Positions 10,557 to 20,295 of a stretch of DNA of 64,000 bases are shown here, in pieces. The translations under genes and the position numbers were made by a program. The stretch lies in contig CBDCLE010000022.1 of the NCBI GenBank assembly GCA_965218585.1, forward strand, positions 64,001 to 128,000, in the 5' to 3' direction. The stretch's first letter is position 1. Every line of letters starts with the position of its first letter. This stretch comes from Terriglobia bacterium (GTDB lineage: Bacteria > Acidobacteriota > Terriglobia > 20CM-2-55-15). Under the pieces are notes generated by a model. That model saw nothing but the letters and a program-made list of their open reading frames with translations, was not told where the DNA came from and did not search any database.

Positions 10557-12209
10557 TTAGTGCCGGCACCTCTGGCAGGGATGCGAAGCGTGGCATCTGG
10601 GAGCCACTCCCTGTTCCAGGAAGAATGTCCGCGCCTTAACCATCTCTTCATCGTTCCAGAGCTGGAGAAAGTCATTTTCCGCGATATTGCCGATCGTATA
10701 TTGCAAGAGGTCGTGGTAGTAGCACACGCGGACGTCGCCGTTCGGCTGGATCACGGTTTCCTGCCGGGGTTTGAAACAGGGGGGTAGCGAGGGATCTAAC
10801 CGGGTGTGGAATTCTGATTTCCATTCGGCTTCTCCCTCTTGCTGGAAAGGAATCTCTGTCATACTCTCAACGATTTCTTCCAGTTTTTCAGCGTCAGGGC
10901 CGATAAACGGTCTCCCGCTGAACGTCATCGGTATTCCCCGTTGGTTTGCCCTCTCCCAGGCCTCGAGCAGCAACTCGTCATGGCTGGCGGGATCGGAGAA
11001 CTTGCTTTCTTTGAGGTAGTCCCATTCCTTACCGTCCGAGGTCTCTACGACATGGGTCAGACCTTCGTTCAGATGGTTGTATGTGACCTGGCTTGCGCCG
11101 ACTTCGATCGCAAGGTCGACGAAGGCGGGGACTTCTTTGACGTTGGTTTCACAAATTGACATATTGATGGAAACCCGCGACTTGTCCTTCTTTAGCTCTT
11201 TTGCCTTATTCGTGTAGTAGCTTATGTTGCGTTTGACCCTCTCAAAATCGAACGAAGGCCGCATGACCCGGAACATGTTGGCCGTTGCAGCGTCTATCGA
11301 GACAGTGAACTCTGCCAGGCCGTTCTTTTCCAACATGAGGTCTGCCCGTTTCGGTGTCAGGAGCATCGCGTTGGTGGCGAACGTTATCGTGGTGGAAGGC
11401 GAGGTCATTTCGATGACTTCGTCGAAATATCTGGAAAACATCGGCTCGCCGCCACAGTGAAGCAGAAGGTAACGCGCGGTTGCGATGAGCGGGGCGGCTC
11501 GCTCGATGGTCTGCGCTTCTATGGAGGAATCGGCCGAAGCCGGTCGTGTGTTGATGTCACAGATAACACAAGGTTTCTGGATGTTGCACCGCGTAGTCAG
11601 AGCCAGCGTGACGATGGGAGGCAAACTCCGGAAAATAGTTTTACCTTCCGCATATTCCCTTCGTGCCAGATCTTCGTTTTCGATCGGCGAACCGATATGC
11701 GGGTATAAGTTAGGCTCTTTGTAGGGAAACGAGAAGCCTTGGACGCTACCGGAAATCAGAGCCAGATAAGAGAAGTTGGCTGCGAGTGGCCGAATGTCGT
11801 CCGGAAAGAGTTTGGGTGGTTTGTCCCAGTGGGCGTATTCAAGGGCTATCGTGTTTTCCCTCAGCCCATGAATCGCAACCTCGATGTCGACACCCTGCTG
11901 ATTCAACTCTGTCAGAACGACGTCGTTATGTTTCAAGACAATGGACTGCCCTTCGAAAGGGCTCTTGAAACGAAGCTTCAGGATGAGCTCTTGTTCACGA
12001 TCGAGGGAAAACCTCAGCGTCGTGCCCGGACCTAAGCCCCACCGCCAGGTTCCCCAGTCGTTCTTTTCAACGACGGATAAGCCATCAGCCCTGACATCGA
12101 GCGATTTGTTGAACTTCAGAAAGTCGATGCATGTCGGATTATCGGTTTCGCCTCTCGCCCGCTCCTCGTCCGTGAGTAATTGCGGCTCTGTTTCAAGTTC
12201 AATTGACAT
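10557..12209 (-). CDS. Radical SAM protein with SPASM/Twitch domain and ~190 aa N-terminal extra domain
   Basis: CNIQKPCVIC (CX5CX2C), GGEP, TNAMLL, VSIDAAT; C-terminal C..P....I.PNGDVRVC..IGNI....F.QLWN..C; GGAGG RBS. Confidence 0.88.
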   Translation of the reverse strand: MSIELETEPQLLTDEERARGETDNPTCIDFLKFNKSLDVRADGLSVVEKNDWGTWRWGLGPGTTLRFSLDREQELILKLRFKSPFEGQSIVLKHNDVVLTELNQQGVDIEVAIHGLRENTIALEYAHWDKPPKLFPDDIRPLAANFSYLALISGSVQGFSFPYKEPNLYPHIGSPIENEDLARREYAEGKTIFRSLPPIVTLALTTRCNIQKPCVICDINTRPASADSSIEAQTIERAAPLIATARYLLLHCGGEPMFSRYFDEVIEMTSPSTTITFATNAMLLTPKRADLMLEKNGLAEFTVSIDAATANMFRVMRPSFDFERVKRNISYYTNKAKELKKDKSRVSINMSICETNVKEVPAFVDLAIEVGASQVTYNHLNEGLTHVVETSDGKEWDYLKESKFSDPASHDELLLEAWERANQRGIPMTFSGRPFIGPDAEKLEEIVESMTEIPFQQEGEAEWKSEFHTRLDPSLPPCFKPRQETVIQPNGDVRVCYYHDLLQYTIGNIAENDFLQLWNDEEMVKARTFFLEQGVAPRCHASHPCQRCRH

Positions 12210-12397
12210 GCGTTTCGTTTCCTCCGCTCACAGATATGTCACGGCTTCTGAAGGCGAGACTTGATGGAAAGACCTTGGCCTTCGAACCCGAATCGACCAT
12301 CCGCAGGTGACTGGTGCGCTGAGGCACACCCTGTCCCTCGGACCGGCGGTGTTGTACGGGTGCTCGCGATGAACGATCCGGATCTTGCCGGATCTAG

Positions 12398-14134
12398 CCC
12401 GCATGTTTCACCAGTCCGGCGATCAGGGGGATTTGGGCAGTAAGAATCGGATTCGGGAGGATCTGGGTTCGAATTGGGCATGTGTGGCGTGACTCGGCGG
12501 TGTCGACAAGCGGGAGTTGCTGCGTTTTCGGGTTCAGAAGAGGGTGACGAAACGCACTGAGACAAACCTCGGCGGAGCCGAAAAGAACGAGTCGATTTTG
12601 GCGCAGGGGATCGGGTCGGTTCTCAGCAGCGCAGAGGAAGCGCCTGCAGGTTTCGATGGACGAGGGCAAAGACCTCGGCGTAGGGATAGGCTTCCGACAT
12701 GGAGATCCAGATGTTGCGAACCGTCAGACGGACTTGAGCTCCGATCTTGAGGAGCTTCAAGCGGATCGTCTGGCACTGAGCGCGGGCCAGATCGGTATTC
12801 TTCAGTCCCAGACGGCGTAACGCGTGCAGGAGCATGTAGGCGGCCGAGGACAGATAGAGCCGGAGTTGATTGGCGCGCATGGTTGCCGCGCTGGTCCGGT
12901 CGGCGAATAGATCCAACTGCTGTTCCTTGATGCGATTTTCCATGTCGCCCCGCGCACAGTAAAAGTCTTCATAGAGGGCGCGGGCGTCCAGGCGTTCCGG
13001 CGACAGTGAGGTCACAACGAATCGAGGATTGGCGCCTTTCTCCAGGAACTCGGCCTTGCCGATGACGCGTCGGGTGCAGGTCCAGCTCTTCCGAGTGCGA
13101 TACCGGAAATCGTTAAACACCCGCGCCGGTTTCCCGGTGTCGTTAAACTCGGCTTCGGCCTGACTCATCGATTCAGCGATCTCGCGCTTGAGCCGATCGT
13201 TCTTGGCCAGACCCACCACGTAATCGACCTGGTGGGCCTCGCACCAACTCAGCAATTCATCCCGGCAAAAGCCCGAGTCGGCCCGGATGATAATCGACAC
13301 CTCCGGCCAGCTCTGCCGGATCTGGCCGATGATGCGGTTCAATTCCTCGACGGCGCCGTCCGCACCGTCGACATTGGAGCACCGCAACCGGGCGCATAGC
13401 AGATGCTCTCCCGAAAAGATGTAGAGCGGCAGATAACAGTAGTTGCCGTAGTAGCCGTGAAAGAACCGTCCTTCCTGATGGCCATGGATCGGATCATCGG
13501 TCGCATCCAGGTCCAGAACAATCTCCTCGGGCGCCGATCCGTGAGCCGCCACAAATGCATCCACCATCCAGCGGTCGATCTTGTCCGGGTCCATGGCAAT
13601 CTTCTTGTACCGCTCCTTCCCATCGACTTGCTCCCCGGTCAGTTCCAACCGGTTCAGCGTACACTTGCCCGCCAACGCTTTTCCCCGGTCTCGGGCCTGC
13701 CGCCGCTTCTCCCCCAGTGGATCGGCCTTATCCACCGCCACGGCCAGCATCGGATCGGTCCGCAGTTGGTCATGATCGTTCAGATCCTCGTAGCCCAGAC
13801 AGAGTCCGTAGACGCGCTGCCCCAATAACTCGCTCACCGTGTGTTCGATCAACCTCGCGTCCCGGTAATCCCTGAAACACTCGGCCAGTCCGGCGATCAG
13901 ACCCGTTCGCTTTTCCACTTCCCTCAACAGCAGAACCCCAGCGTCGGAGGTGATCTTTCCGCCGTCAAAACGCGCCTTCACTTTTCGTTGAAGAAGTCCG
14001 TGAAATTCGAACGTCGTTTGGTTACACTCTGTTCTCATAAGGGCCGTCTCCGTTTGGCTTGTTAAACGTTTATTTCAAAACGCTTTATGCCAGACAGGGC
14101 GGCCTTTTCTGGTCCTATCGGTGAAATATGCGGG
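12398..14134 (-). mobile_element. IS1380-family insertion sequence, 1737 bp
   Basis: Terminal inverted repeats CCCGCATGTTTCACC / CCCGCATATTTCACC; CTAG duplicated at 12394-12397 and 14135-14138. Confidence 0.9.
12623..14038 (-). CDS. IS1380-family DDE transposase
   Basis: FDGGKITSDAG, GYEDLNDHDQLRTDP, LDLDATDDPIHGHQE, IRADSGF, YCARGDMENRIKE. Confidence 0.95.
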   Translation of the reverse strand: MRTECNQTTFEFHGLLQRKVKARFDGGKITSDAGVLLLREVEKRTGLIAGLAECFRDYRDARLIEHTVSELLGQRVYGLCLGYEDLNDHDQLRTDPMLAVAVDKADPLGEKRRQARDRGKALAGKCTLNRLELTGEQVDGKERYKKIAMDPDKIDRWMVDAFVAAHGSAPEEIVLDLDATDDPIHGHQEGRFFHGYYGNYCYLPLYIFSGEHLLCARLRCSNVDGADGAVEELNRIIGQIRQSWPEVSIIIRADSGFCRDELLSWCEAHQVDYVVGLAKNDRLKREIAESMSQAEAEFNDTGKPARVFNDFRYRTRKSWTCTRRVIGKAEFLEKGANPRFVVTSLSPERLDARALYEDFYCARGDMENRIKEQQLDLFADRTSAATMRANQLRLYLSSAAYMLLHALRRLGLKNTDLARAQCQTIRLKLLKIGAQVRLTVRNIWISMSEAYPYAEVFALVHRNLQALPLRC

Positions 14135-14347
14135 CTAGTTCGCGTGCTGGGCCTTGGCGGCTTGCCAACTATTGAAATCGGATCCCAGGACGAAGAACTT
14201 GCGGCCGACGCGCATGGTTCGGATCTTGTCTTCTTCGATGATCCGGCGGAAATGCCGGCTCGAGAATCCTGCCAGCGATGCGGCAGTCGAAAGGTCGAGG
14301 AACAATTTGTTTGACGTTTCCCGGGTGCTGTTCAGTGTTTTCGACAT
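14135..14347 (-). CDS. Small excisionase/MerR-like helix-turn-helix protein (70 aa)
   Basis: LDLSTAASLAGFSSRHFRRIIEEDKIRTMRVGRKFFV fits the HTH_17 pattern; GGAG RBS; its TAG stop lies in the IS target site. Confidence 0.75.
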   Translation of the reverse strand: MSKTLNSTRETSNKLFLDLSTAASLAGFSSRHFRRIIEEDKIRTMRVGRKFFVLGSDFNSWQAAKAQHAN

Positions 14348-14374
14348 GATTTTGGTCTCCTGGCCGTCATTAAC

Positions 14375-14390
14375 AGCAAATTCCCTTCCA
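14375..14390 (-). promoter_or_regulatory. Candidate sigma54 promoter (TGGAAG-GGAAT-TTGCT)
   Basis: Exact GG-N10-GC spacing, ~28 nt upstream of the HTH gene start. Confidence 0.5.
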
Positions 14391-14508
14391 TAAATCGGAT
14401 CTTGTGATTCCTGCTGGCCTACCCTCAGGAAGGGCGGGTTGTTGGAAGCAATCAGAGACATGGAGCCGGGGCCCGATTACCTGGATTTCTCTACAAGAAC
14501 AGGGTCTT

Positions 14509-14532
14509 CTCTGTGCCTCGGTGCCTCTGTGG
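14509..14532. repeat. 3x8-mer repeat (CTCTGTGC CTCGGTGC CTCTGTGG)
   Basis: Very similar to the 7504-7527 copy; partial inverted partner near 14452. Confidence 0.6.
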
Positions 14533-14602
14533 TTTCGGTTCTTTCCAGTTGGGAATCGCAATTGCTGCGGCGCTTATGCTGCAGTCCGTAAGCTCAGAGA
14601 GA

Positions 14603-16105
14603 ATGAAGCGATCCTCGACCCGTTCGGGGCGCCCAAACGTTGAAATCGAAGGCGTTGCCTACCACAGCCCTTACGATCCGGCGAGGGAAGCCCGCTCGTT
14701 TTATACGGGATTGCCATTGGAGGAAGCTGACGTTGTTCTCCACTTCGGGTGGGGCCTGGGCTACTCCGGCCACTACCTCAGCGAGCGGTTGGGCGCCGAT
14801 ACGCGGGTGTTTGTACTCGAGCCTGATCGGGATGTTTTCGACCTGTTCTGTGCCGAGGGGGAAGGCCGAGAACTCCTTGAAGACTCACGGTTCCAGTACG
14901 TGGTCGGAAAGGAGGTAGGTCAATTCATTGACGATTGGGGCCTTGCGGGGTGTCAAGATACTGACCGTATTCTGTGGATAGGATGGCCGCGGGCCGATCA
15001 GATGTTCGGTGAGCTTTCCAACTCCGTGCAGGCCGCGTTCAACGCCCGTCTCCGTGACAGGGCGGGAAACCTCCTCACGCACTTCGAAAACGGACGTACC
15101 TATTTCGAGAACGCTGCATCCAACCTGAAGTACGCGTCAGACCCAAGGGTCGGTCGTTTGTTCGGCCGCTTCAAGGGACTGCCGCTCGTACTCGTTTCGG
15201 CGGGACCCTCGCTTGATCGCAATATTCGTTACCTGACGGGGATGGAAGAACGCTGCTTCATTCTGGCCGTCGATACGGCTCTGCGGCCGCTGCTGGCCGA
15301 AGGTATCGTTCCGCATGCGGTGATCATCGCAGACCCGAGCGAACTGAACGCCCGTCATGTCGTTGGCGCCCTGCCGCGGGATACGTACCTGATCGCGGAG
15401 CAGGCGGCGCATCCCCTGGCGATGGCTGCTGGGGCGAACCGATTTCAGTTTTCGGTTGGCGTGTTCCCCGACGCACTCTACGAGGAATTTGGAGCAGAGC
15501 AGACCAGGCTCCAAGTCTGGGGATCGGTTGCGACTGCCGCACTCGACCTGGCCTGCCGTATGGGTGCGGATCCCGTCATTTTTGCCGGTCAGGATTTTTC
15601 ATATACCTGGGATCATGATTACGCAAGACACACGATTTTTCACGGCAGAGTCTTCAACCGAAAGGCGCTGGATCATTCTGAGTCCGACGTTTGGGGCCAG
15701 GAGGTGCCAACTACGGAAAACCTCATGGCCTATAGAGACTTTTTCGTGAGACGAATAGCCGAAGCGTCGTCCACGCGGTTCGTGAATGCGACTGAAGGCG
15801 GGATATTGACCGACGGGGTTGAGATCCGTTCGCTGCGGGACGCCCTCCACCGTTATGCCGACCGACGCGTGGACATCCGGGGAAAGCTTCGAGGGCTCCA
15901 CGTTCGGGGTAACCAAATGCAGCCTCTAGCAAGCCATCTTGAAGGCGTTCTTACCCGGAAAGATCCCTCCTGTGGTTGCCTGGAAGCGTTCCTCGATCTG
16001 GTGGCAAAAAAGGCCGTTCTGGAGAAAGATACGACTTCGATCGAGGAGTGCCTGGCCTGGGGAGCTTCCTTCGCATCCAACCTCTCGAACACGCCCGTCG
16101 GCTGA
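14603..16105 (+). CDS. Motility-associated factor (Maf) / DUF115 (MptE-like) glycosyltransferase-family protein
   Basis: HSPYDPAREA, GWGLGY, VSAGPSLDRNI, AVDTAL, GSVATAALDLA..MGADPVIFAGQDFSY, NATEGG. Confidence 0.85.
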   Translation: MKRSSTRSGRPNVEIEGVAYHSPYDPAREARSFYTGLPLEEADVVLHFGWGLGYSGHYLSERLGADTRVFVLEPDRDVFDLFCAEGEGRELLEDSRFQYVVGKEVGQFIDDWGLAGCQDTDRILWIGWPRADQMFGELSNSVQAAFNARLRDRAGNLLTHFENGRTYFENAASNLKYASDPRVGRLFGRFKGLPLVLVSAGPSLDRNIRYLTGMEERCFILAVDTALRPLLAEGIVPHAVIIADPSELNARHVVGALPRDTYLIAEQAAHPLAMAAGANRFQFSVGVFPDALYEEFGAEQTRLQVWGSVATAALDLACRMGADPVIFAGQDFSYTWDHDYARHTIFHGRVFNRKALDHSESDVWGQEVPTTENLMAYRDFFVRRIAEASSTRFVNATEGGILTDGVEIRSLRDALHRYADRRVDIRGKLRGLHVRGNQMQPLASHLEGVLTRKDPSCGCLEAFLDLVAKKAVLEKDTTSIEECLAWGASFASNLSNTPVG

Positions 16106-16291
16106 TCCACCCTGGGGGAATGCTTCTATCGATTTGATTCCATGGTGTCAACAGACTGTCCTTTTCCCCGGTTGATTCCGAGGCTAAGCCCTCCTCTACG
16201 GAATTGGCCCCGAGATATAAGAGTCGCTATAAGAGAGATTTAAAGCGATCCCACCAGTTCTGATCCTGTCCGCTAAACCCCAACCGACCTT

Positions 16292-16307
16292 TGGTCGGGC
16301 AATTGCT
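16292..16307 (+). promoter_or_regulatory. Candidate sigma54 promoter (TGGTCG-GGCAA-TTGCT)
   Basis: GG-N10-GC spacing ~77 nt upstream of the operon starting at 16384. Confidence 0.45.
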
Positions 16308-16383
16308 TTCTTAGATAGTCGGATTGAAGTACGTCTTCATGGCACCTGCGAAAGAGCGGAGCTGACTAGAGGAGAACGGATAA

Positions 16384-17403
16384 GTGGAACTGACCTCGGC
16401 GCAGATCAACATTTCCTGGTTTTGTGACTTTCACAGCAACGCTTCTACTTCATGTGAGTACTGCTGGGTCACGATGGCGCAGTCGGACCGGTCCAGGCAA
16501 TTGGATCACGGACCCGAGGAATGGCTCGAAGCCATCACCCGGACGATTCCGAACACCGCCCACATCAACTTCGTTGGTGGAGAACCGACGATTTTTCCGA
16601 AGTTTCATTGGCTCCTCACAGAACTGTCGAAGACGCACCGATGGGCGATCACGTCGAACATGGGTGCCAACCGGTGGCGGCTTTACGGCGAAGAGCCCAT
16701 TCCCAATTGCGTATCCTGGACCGCGTCCTACCATCCCTCGAGTCGTGATTCGATTGAGGAGTTTACGGCCAAGTGCATCATTCTCGGTCGCCACTATCCG
16801 CTACAGGTCAACCTGGCGGACTATCACACCTACGATGCTACCTCAGCTACGGACCAACTGGCCGAGGCCGGGCTACGCGTGTTCCTCTCGCCGTTTGAAG
16901 ACGTCCGGGACCTCAACAGCGCAGGGCCGGTGCCACTGACGTGTAACGGTGGACAGTCCCACGTCTTGATCGACCCGGAAGGGCACGTCTACAAGTGTCT
17001 GACTCAGGAACGACGCTCCGACCGGGAGCGCTGGCGGATCGGAAACGTTTTCGAAGGTCAGATCAACTGGCCGACCACACGTAGCGTCTGCTTCATTCCC
17101 TGCGACCAGTACTACAACCTCGACCAGCACCATGCGACACGGGACATGTGGAACCTCGATGTCCGTGAAATGGTCGTTCCCGAGGGAGTGGACCTTACGG
17201 CCTACAGAGAGAGCTTTAACGCTCCGGCTTCACCTCTTAAGGAGTTCATCCAGCAGTCCAAGTGGCGCGACAACATTACGGCGCAGGCACGGGGCGACCT
17301 GCTTGAACTGGACCTGATCCAAGAAGGTGAACCTGTCGAAGTCGTTGCGGAAATTACGTCCTCCGAAGTCGAGGAGTCGGGTTCGAAGAAAACGAAACAA
17401 TGA
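16384..17403 (+). CDS. Radical SAM protein with Twitch/SPASM-like domain, non-canonical motif
   Basis: CDFHSNASTSCEYC (CX9CX2C), FVGGEP, ITSN, ASYHP; CNGG..LIDPEGHVYKC..IGNVF..CFIPC; GAGGAG RBS with GTG start. Confidence 0.82.
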   Translation: MELTSAQINISWFCDFHSNASTSCEYCWVTMAQSDRSRQLDHGPEEWLEAITRTIPNTAHINFVGGEPTIFPKFHWLLTELSKTHRWAITSNMGANRWRLYGEEPIPNCVSWTASYHPSSRDSIEEFTAKCIILGRHYPLQVNLADYHTYDATSATDQLAEAGLRVFLSPFEDVRDLNSAGPVPLTCNGGQSHVLIDPEGHVYKCLTQERRSDRERWRIGNVFEGQINWPTTRSVCFIPCDQYYNLDQHHATRDMWNLDVREMVVPEGVDLTAYRESFNAPASPLKEFIQQSKWRDNITAQARGDLLELDLIQEGEPVEVVAEITSSEVEESGSKKTKQ

Positions 17404-18488
17404 GCAGACCTGATACATATCGCCGGTACCGTGTGAAATCTCCCATGCAGTTCCGTCTGGATGAGTATCCGATTCCGGCGACTCCCGAAAAGGACTATCT
17501 CGTTCGTGTGGACGTGTGCGGTCTGTGTCGTAGCGATCTGCATTTCGCGACGAGCTGGGCCGAGGGCTGGGACGAACTGGGCCACGAATTCGGTGGAACA
17601 GTTGTCGCCCTGCGGAATGGCGTTGACGGATTCCGTCAGGGCGATCGCGTAGCGGTCAAGAACGCAGCAGCCTGTCTCGAGTGTGAGCCTTGTTTGGCCG
17701 GCGATCTTCGTTCCTGCCGCGGCCTCATCGTCAACAAGCTCGGCTTCAGTCAGTACGCCGACTGTGACGGCCGATCTCTGGTGTCCGCCCAGGGCCTTGG
17801 TGATGCGCTATTGGCTCTCATGGAGCCCACCAACGTCGTTCTCGACCTGATCTATTCGGCAGAAATCGAAAAAACAGACAGGGTAGCGGTCTTTGGAACC
17901 GGCACTCTGGGAATCATCACTGCCCATCTGCTCGAGAATTATTTTGGAGTCTCCGATGTCGTCCTGATCGGTCGGCAACCCGACGAGGCAGTGCTCGCTG
18001 ATGTCGGCCTGACCCGGCACATCGGCTTCGATGAACTCATCGACAAGACGACCCTTCGAAATCTTCTGGGCGGTGCACCGGACCGTGTTCTGGTGACGAC
18101 GCCTCCGTCGACATTGTCGGATGCCCTGGAGGCATGTGGCCCGGTGGGCCGCGTGCTGACGCTTGGCCTTGACCGGAATGACTACCTCGAGGCGAACATC
18201 GACGTCCGTACGCTGATCTTCAAACGGGTGCGCGTCGAAGGCGTGTTTGCCGTACCGAATCTCTATTTCGACGACGCCGTCCGGATACTTTCCGAGGTCG
18301 GCACACCTTTAGAGAGCCTCATCCGTCGGCGCATCGGGTTCGATGATCTGGAAACAGCACTTCGAGAATGGGACGCGAGACCCCATTTTGATGGCAAGTC
18401 GATCCTTGAACTCCAGAGAGGTTCGGACGCGCGTGAAGAGGCGATGGAAGTCGTTGTCTCAGGTTCGAGCCGGGAGGCGTCATGTTAG
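17400..18488 (+). CDS. Zn-dependent (MDR) alcohol/sugar dehydrogenase
   Basis: CGLCRSD, GHEFGG, structural Zn CLECEPC..C, GTGTLG nucleotide-binding loop. Confidence 0.88.
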   Translation: MSRPDTYRRYRVKSPMQFRLDEYPIPATPEKDYLVRVDVCGLCRSDLHFATSWAEGWDELGHEFGGTVVALRNGVDGFRQGDRVAVKNAAACLECEPCLAGDLRSCRGLIVNKLGFSQYADCDGRSLVSAQGLGDALLALMEPTNVVLDLIYSAEIEKTDRVAVFGTGTLGIITAHLLENYFGVSDVVLIGRQPDEAVLADVGLTRHIGFDELIDKTTLRNLLGGAPDRVLVTTPPSTLSDALEACGPVGRVLTLGLDRNDYLEANIDVRTLIFKRVRVEGVFAVPNLYFDDAVRILSEVGTPLESLIRRRIGFDDLETALREWDARPHFDGKSILELQRGSDAREEAMEVVVSGSSREASC

Positions 18489-19033
18489 CCCTCAGAGGCG
18501 AATCGCTTCCGGATCATCGGGTCCGCAGAATTCTCATTCTCCGCACCGCCAGGACTCCCCAGATTCAGTGGGCCCTGGACCAGCTTCGCGCGAAGTACCC
18601 CGAAGCCGAATTTGGCGTCCTCGGGACCCAGTTGGGCGGGAACGAGTTGTTCGCGGGAATGGAGCACTTCGAGCCGTCCCAACCCTGGCTTTCACCGAGG
18701 AGCGTCCGGCGTTTGCGGTCCAGACTCAGGAAAACCCGGTTCGACATGGTTGTCATGTGTCTTAACGGCGATTGTGGAACCGGATACGGTGGTGTCAGTC
18801 GTGTTGTCCGGAGAATCGATGCACCCTTCAAGTTCGTAGCGGGGTACACAGGGCGTTGGCACAAGTGGGACCACATGGACTTTGAAGAGGGGAACGTCCT
18901 GACCCGCGGACTCGTCAATTGCCTTGGGATCCTGATCTATCCGTTGATCGCGACCTATCTGTTGCTCGTTCCTTCCCGTCCGCGCTACATGCCGGGCCGG
19001 CAGGGAGCGACGGCCCCGGGGTACGAAGCATGA
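18482..19033 (+). CDS. Hypothetical protein: GT9 N-terminal-like domain plus C-terminal TM
   Basis: RILILRTAR..ALDQLRAKYPEAEFGVL..LRSRLRKTRFDMVV resembles the N-half of heptosyltransferases; hydrophobic tail. Confidence 0.6.
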   Translation: MLALRGESLPDHRVRRILILRTARTPQIQWALDQLRAKYPEAEFGVLGTQLGGNELFAGMEHFEPSQPWLSPRSVRRLRSRLRKTRFDMVVMCLNGDCGTGYGGVSRVVRRIDAPFKFVAGYTGRWHKWDHMDFEEGNVLTRGLVNCLGILIYPLIATYLLLVPSRPRYMPGRQGATAPGYEA

Positions 19034-20295
19034 AGGTTCTCCACTTTTGCTCGTTCTACCGGCCGCTGGGCGGTGGCGAAAAACTTCTCTTCAGTGTCCT
19101 CGACATCATGGAGAGAAACGGGGTCGAGAACGTCATCGTCGCTCCCGAGTCCCAATCGAACGGGCCGACGGGTCTGAGGAAGGAATACTTTCTCGACTAC
19201 CTCGAGTACCCCTTTACGCGGAGCGATCTGTTTTCGTCCATCTGGAACAACCGGAAGCTGATACGGGCGATATCCGAGGTCTTGAAAAAGGAGCAGCCCA
19301 ACGTCATCCACCTGCACAACCAGCAGAACCCGTTTATATACCTGGCGTGTTTGAGGAGCGGGATTCCGATGGTTCGCAACATCCATGATCCACGCCTCTA
19401 TTGCCCGACGAACTGGCGCCTGTTGCCTGACAAGAGCCTGTGTCCACATGCGTTTGGCCGGGCCTGCATTTCCGAGGGGTGCATCAAGCCTCGATCCAGA
19501 GATCTTAAGCAGTTTTTCGTAACGTTGTTCAACCGCCAGCTTTCGTTCCGGAACACGACGTTGATCATCGAAAGTCAGGAGTCATATCAGATGGCCCTGC
19601 AGAACGGATACCGGGAAGATCAACTCAGCCTGATCCCCAACTGCACGACGCTTCCGCCGCTCGAGGCGGAGCTCGAAAACAAGGAGCGCTACAGCAAACT
19701 CGGAGAGAAGAGCATTCTCTTCGTCGGCCGGGCGAGTTATGAGAAAGGGCTTCATTTCCTGGTCAACGCTCTACCGAAGCTCAGGAACGATTTCAAACTC
19801 TACATCCTGACCGCGGGCGACTACTACAAAGAACAGATTGCTCCGCTGGTCGAAAAACTCGGCCTCGGTTCGCGGGTTGAGGCTCGCTTCAACACAAGCT
19901 ACGAAGATACCGCCAAGTACTACTCGATGGCCGACGTCGTCGTTGTGCCGTCGATTTGGTTCGAAACTTTCTGCCTGATCGGCATTGAGGCGTACTCGCA
20001 CCTGACGCCTGTGGTGGCGACCCGCACGGGTGGAATCAAGGATTGGTGCGTGGACGGCGAAACAGGTTACCTCGCAGAAATATTTGACGAAGACGCACTC
20101 GCAGCCGGGATCGATGCACTCCTGGACGACCCGCAGAAGGCGAGACAGTTTGGACTGAACGGATACAATCGGGTCCGGGAACACTACAGCGAAGACATTT
20201 ACTACCGGCGCTTACGAGCGCTCTATGAAAAGGTGATTCAAGATGGCCAGAGTGACACTTATCGATTCTTTGGGCTGGCAAGACGGCCTGTTTAA
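19030..20295 (+). CDS. Glycosyltransferase family 4
   Basis: MKVLHF..GGGEK, FVGRASYEKG, PSIWFETFCLIGIEA, TGGIKD; internal four-Cys segment. Confidence 0.92.
   Translation: MKVLHFCSFYRPLGGGEKLLFSVLDIMERNGVENVIVAPESQSNGPTGLRKEYFLDYLEYPFTRSDLFSSIWNNRKLIRAISEVLKKEQPNVIHLHNQQNPFIYLACLRSGIPMVRNIHDPRLYCPTNWRLLPDKSLCPHAFGRACISEGCIKPRSRDLKQFFVTLFNRQLSFRNTTLIIESQESYQMALQNGYREDQLSLIPNCTTLPPLEAELENKERYSKLGEKSILFVGRASYEKGLHFLVNALPKLRNDFKLYILTAGDYYKEQIAPLVEKLGLGSRVEARFNTSYEDTAKYYSMADVVVVPSIWFETFCLIGIEAYSHLTPVVATRTGGIKDWCVDGETGYLAEIFDEDALAAGIDALLDDPQKARQFGLNGYNRVREHYSEDIYYRRLRALYEKVIQDGQSDTYRFFGLARRPV

Noticed and set aside
14135-14347. Excisionase marking a prophage or ICE
   Set aside because: No integrase, att repeats or phage genes nearby.
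12210-16383. RiPP precursor for the SPASM/Twitch rSAMs
   Set aside because: Only very short ORFs without RBS support in the spacers; no RRE, peptidase or exporter nearby; neighbours are glycan enzymes.
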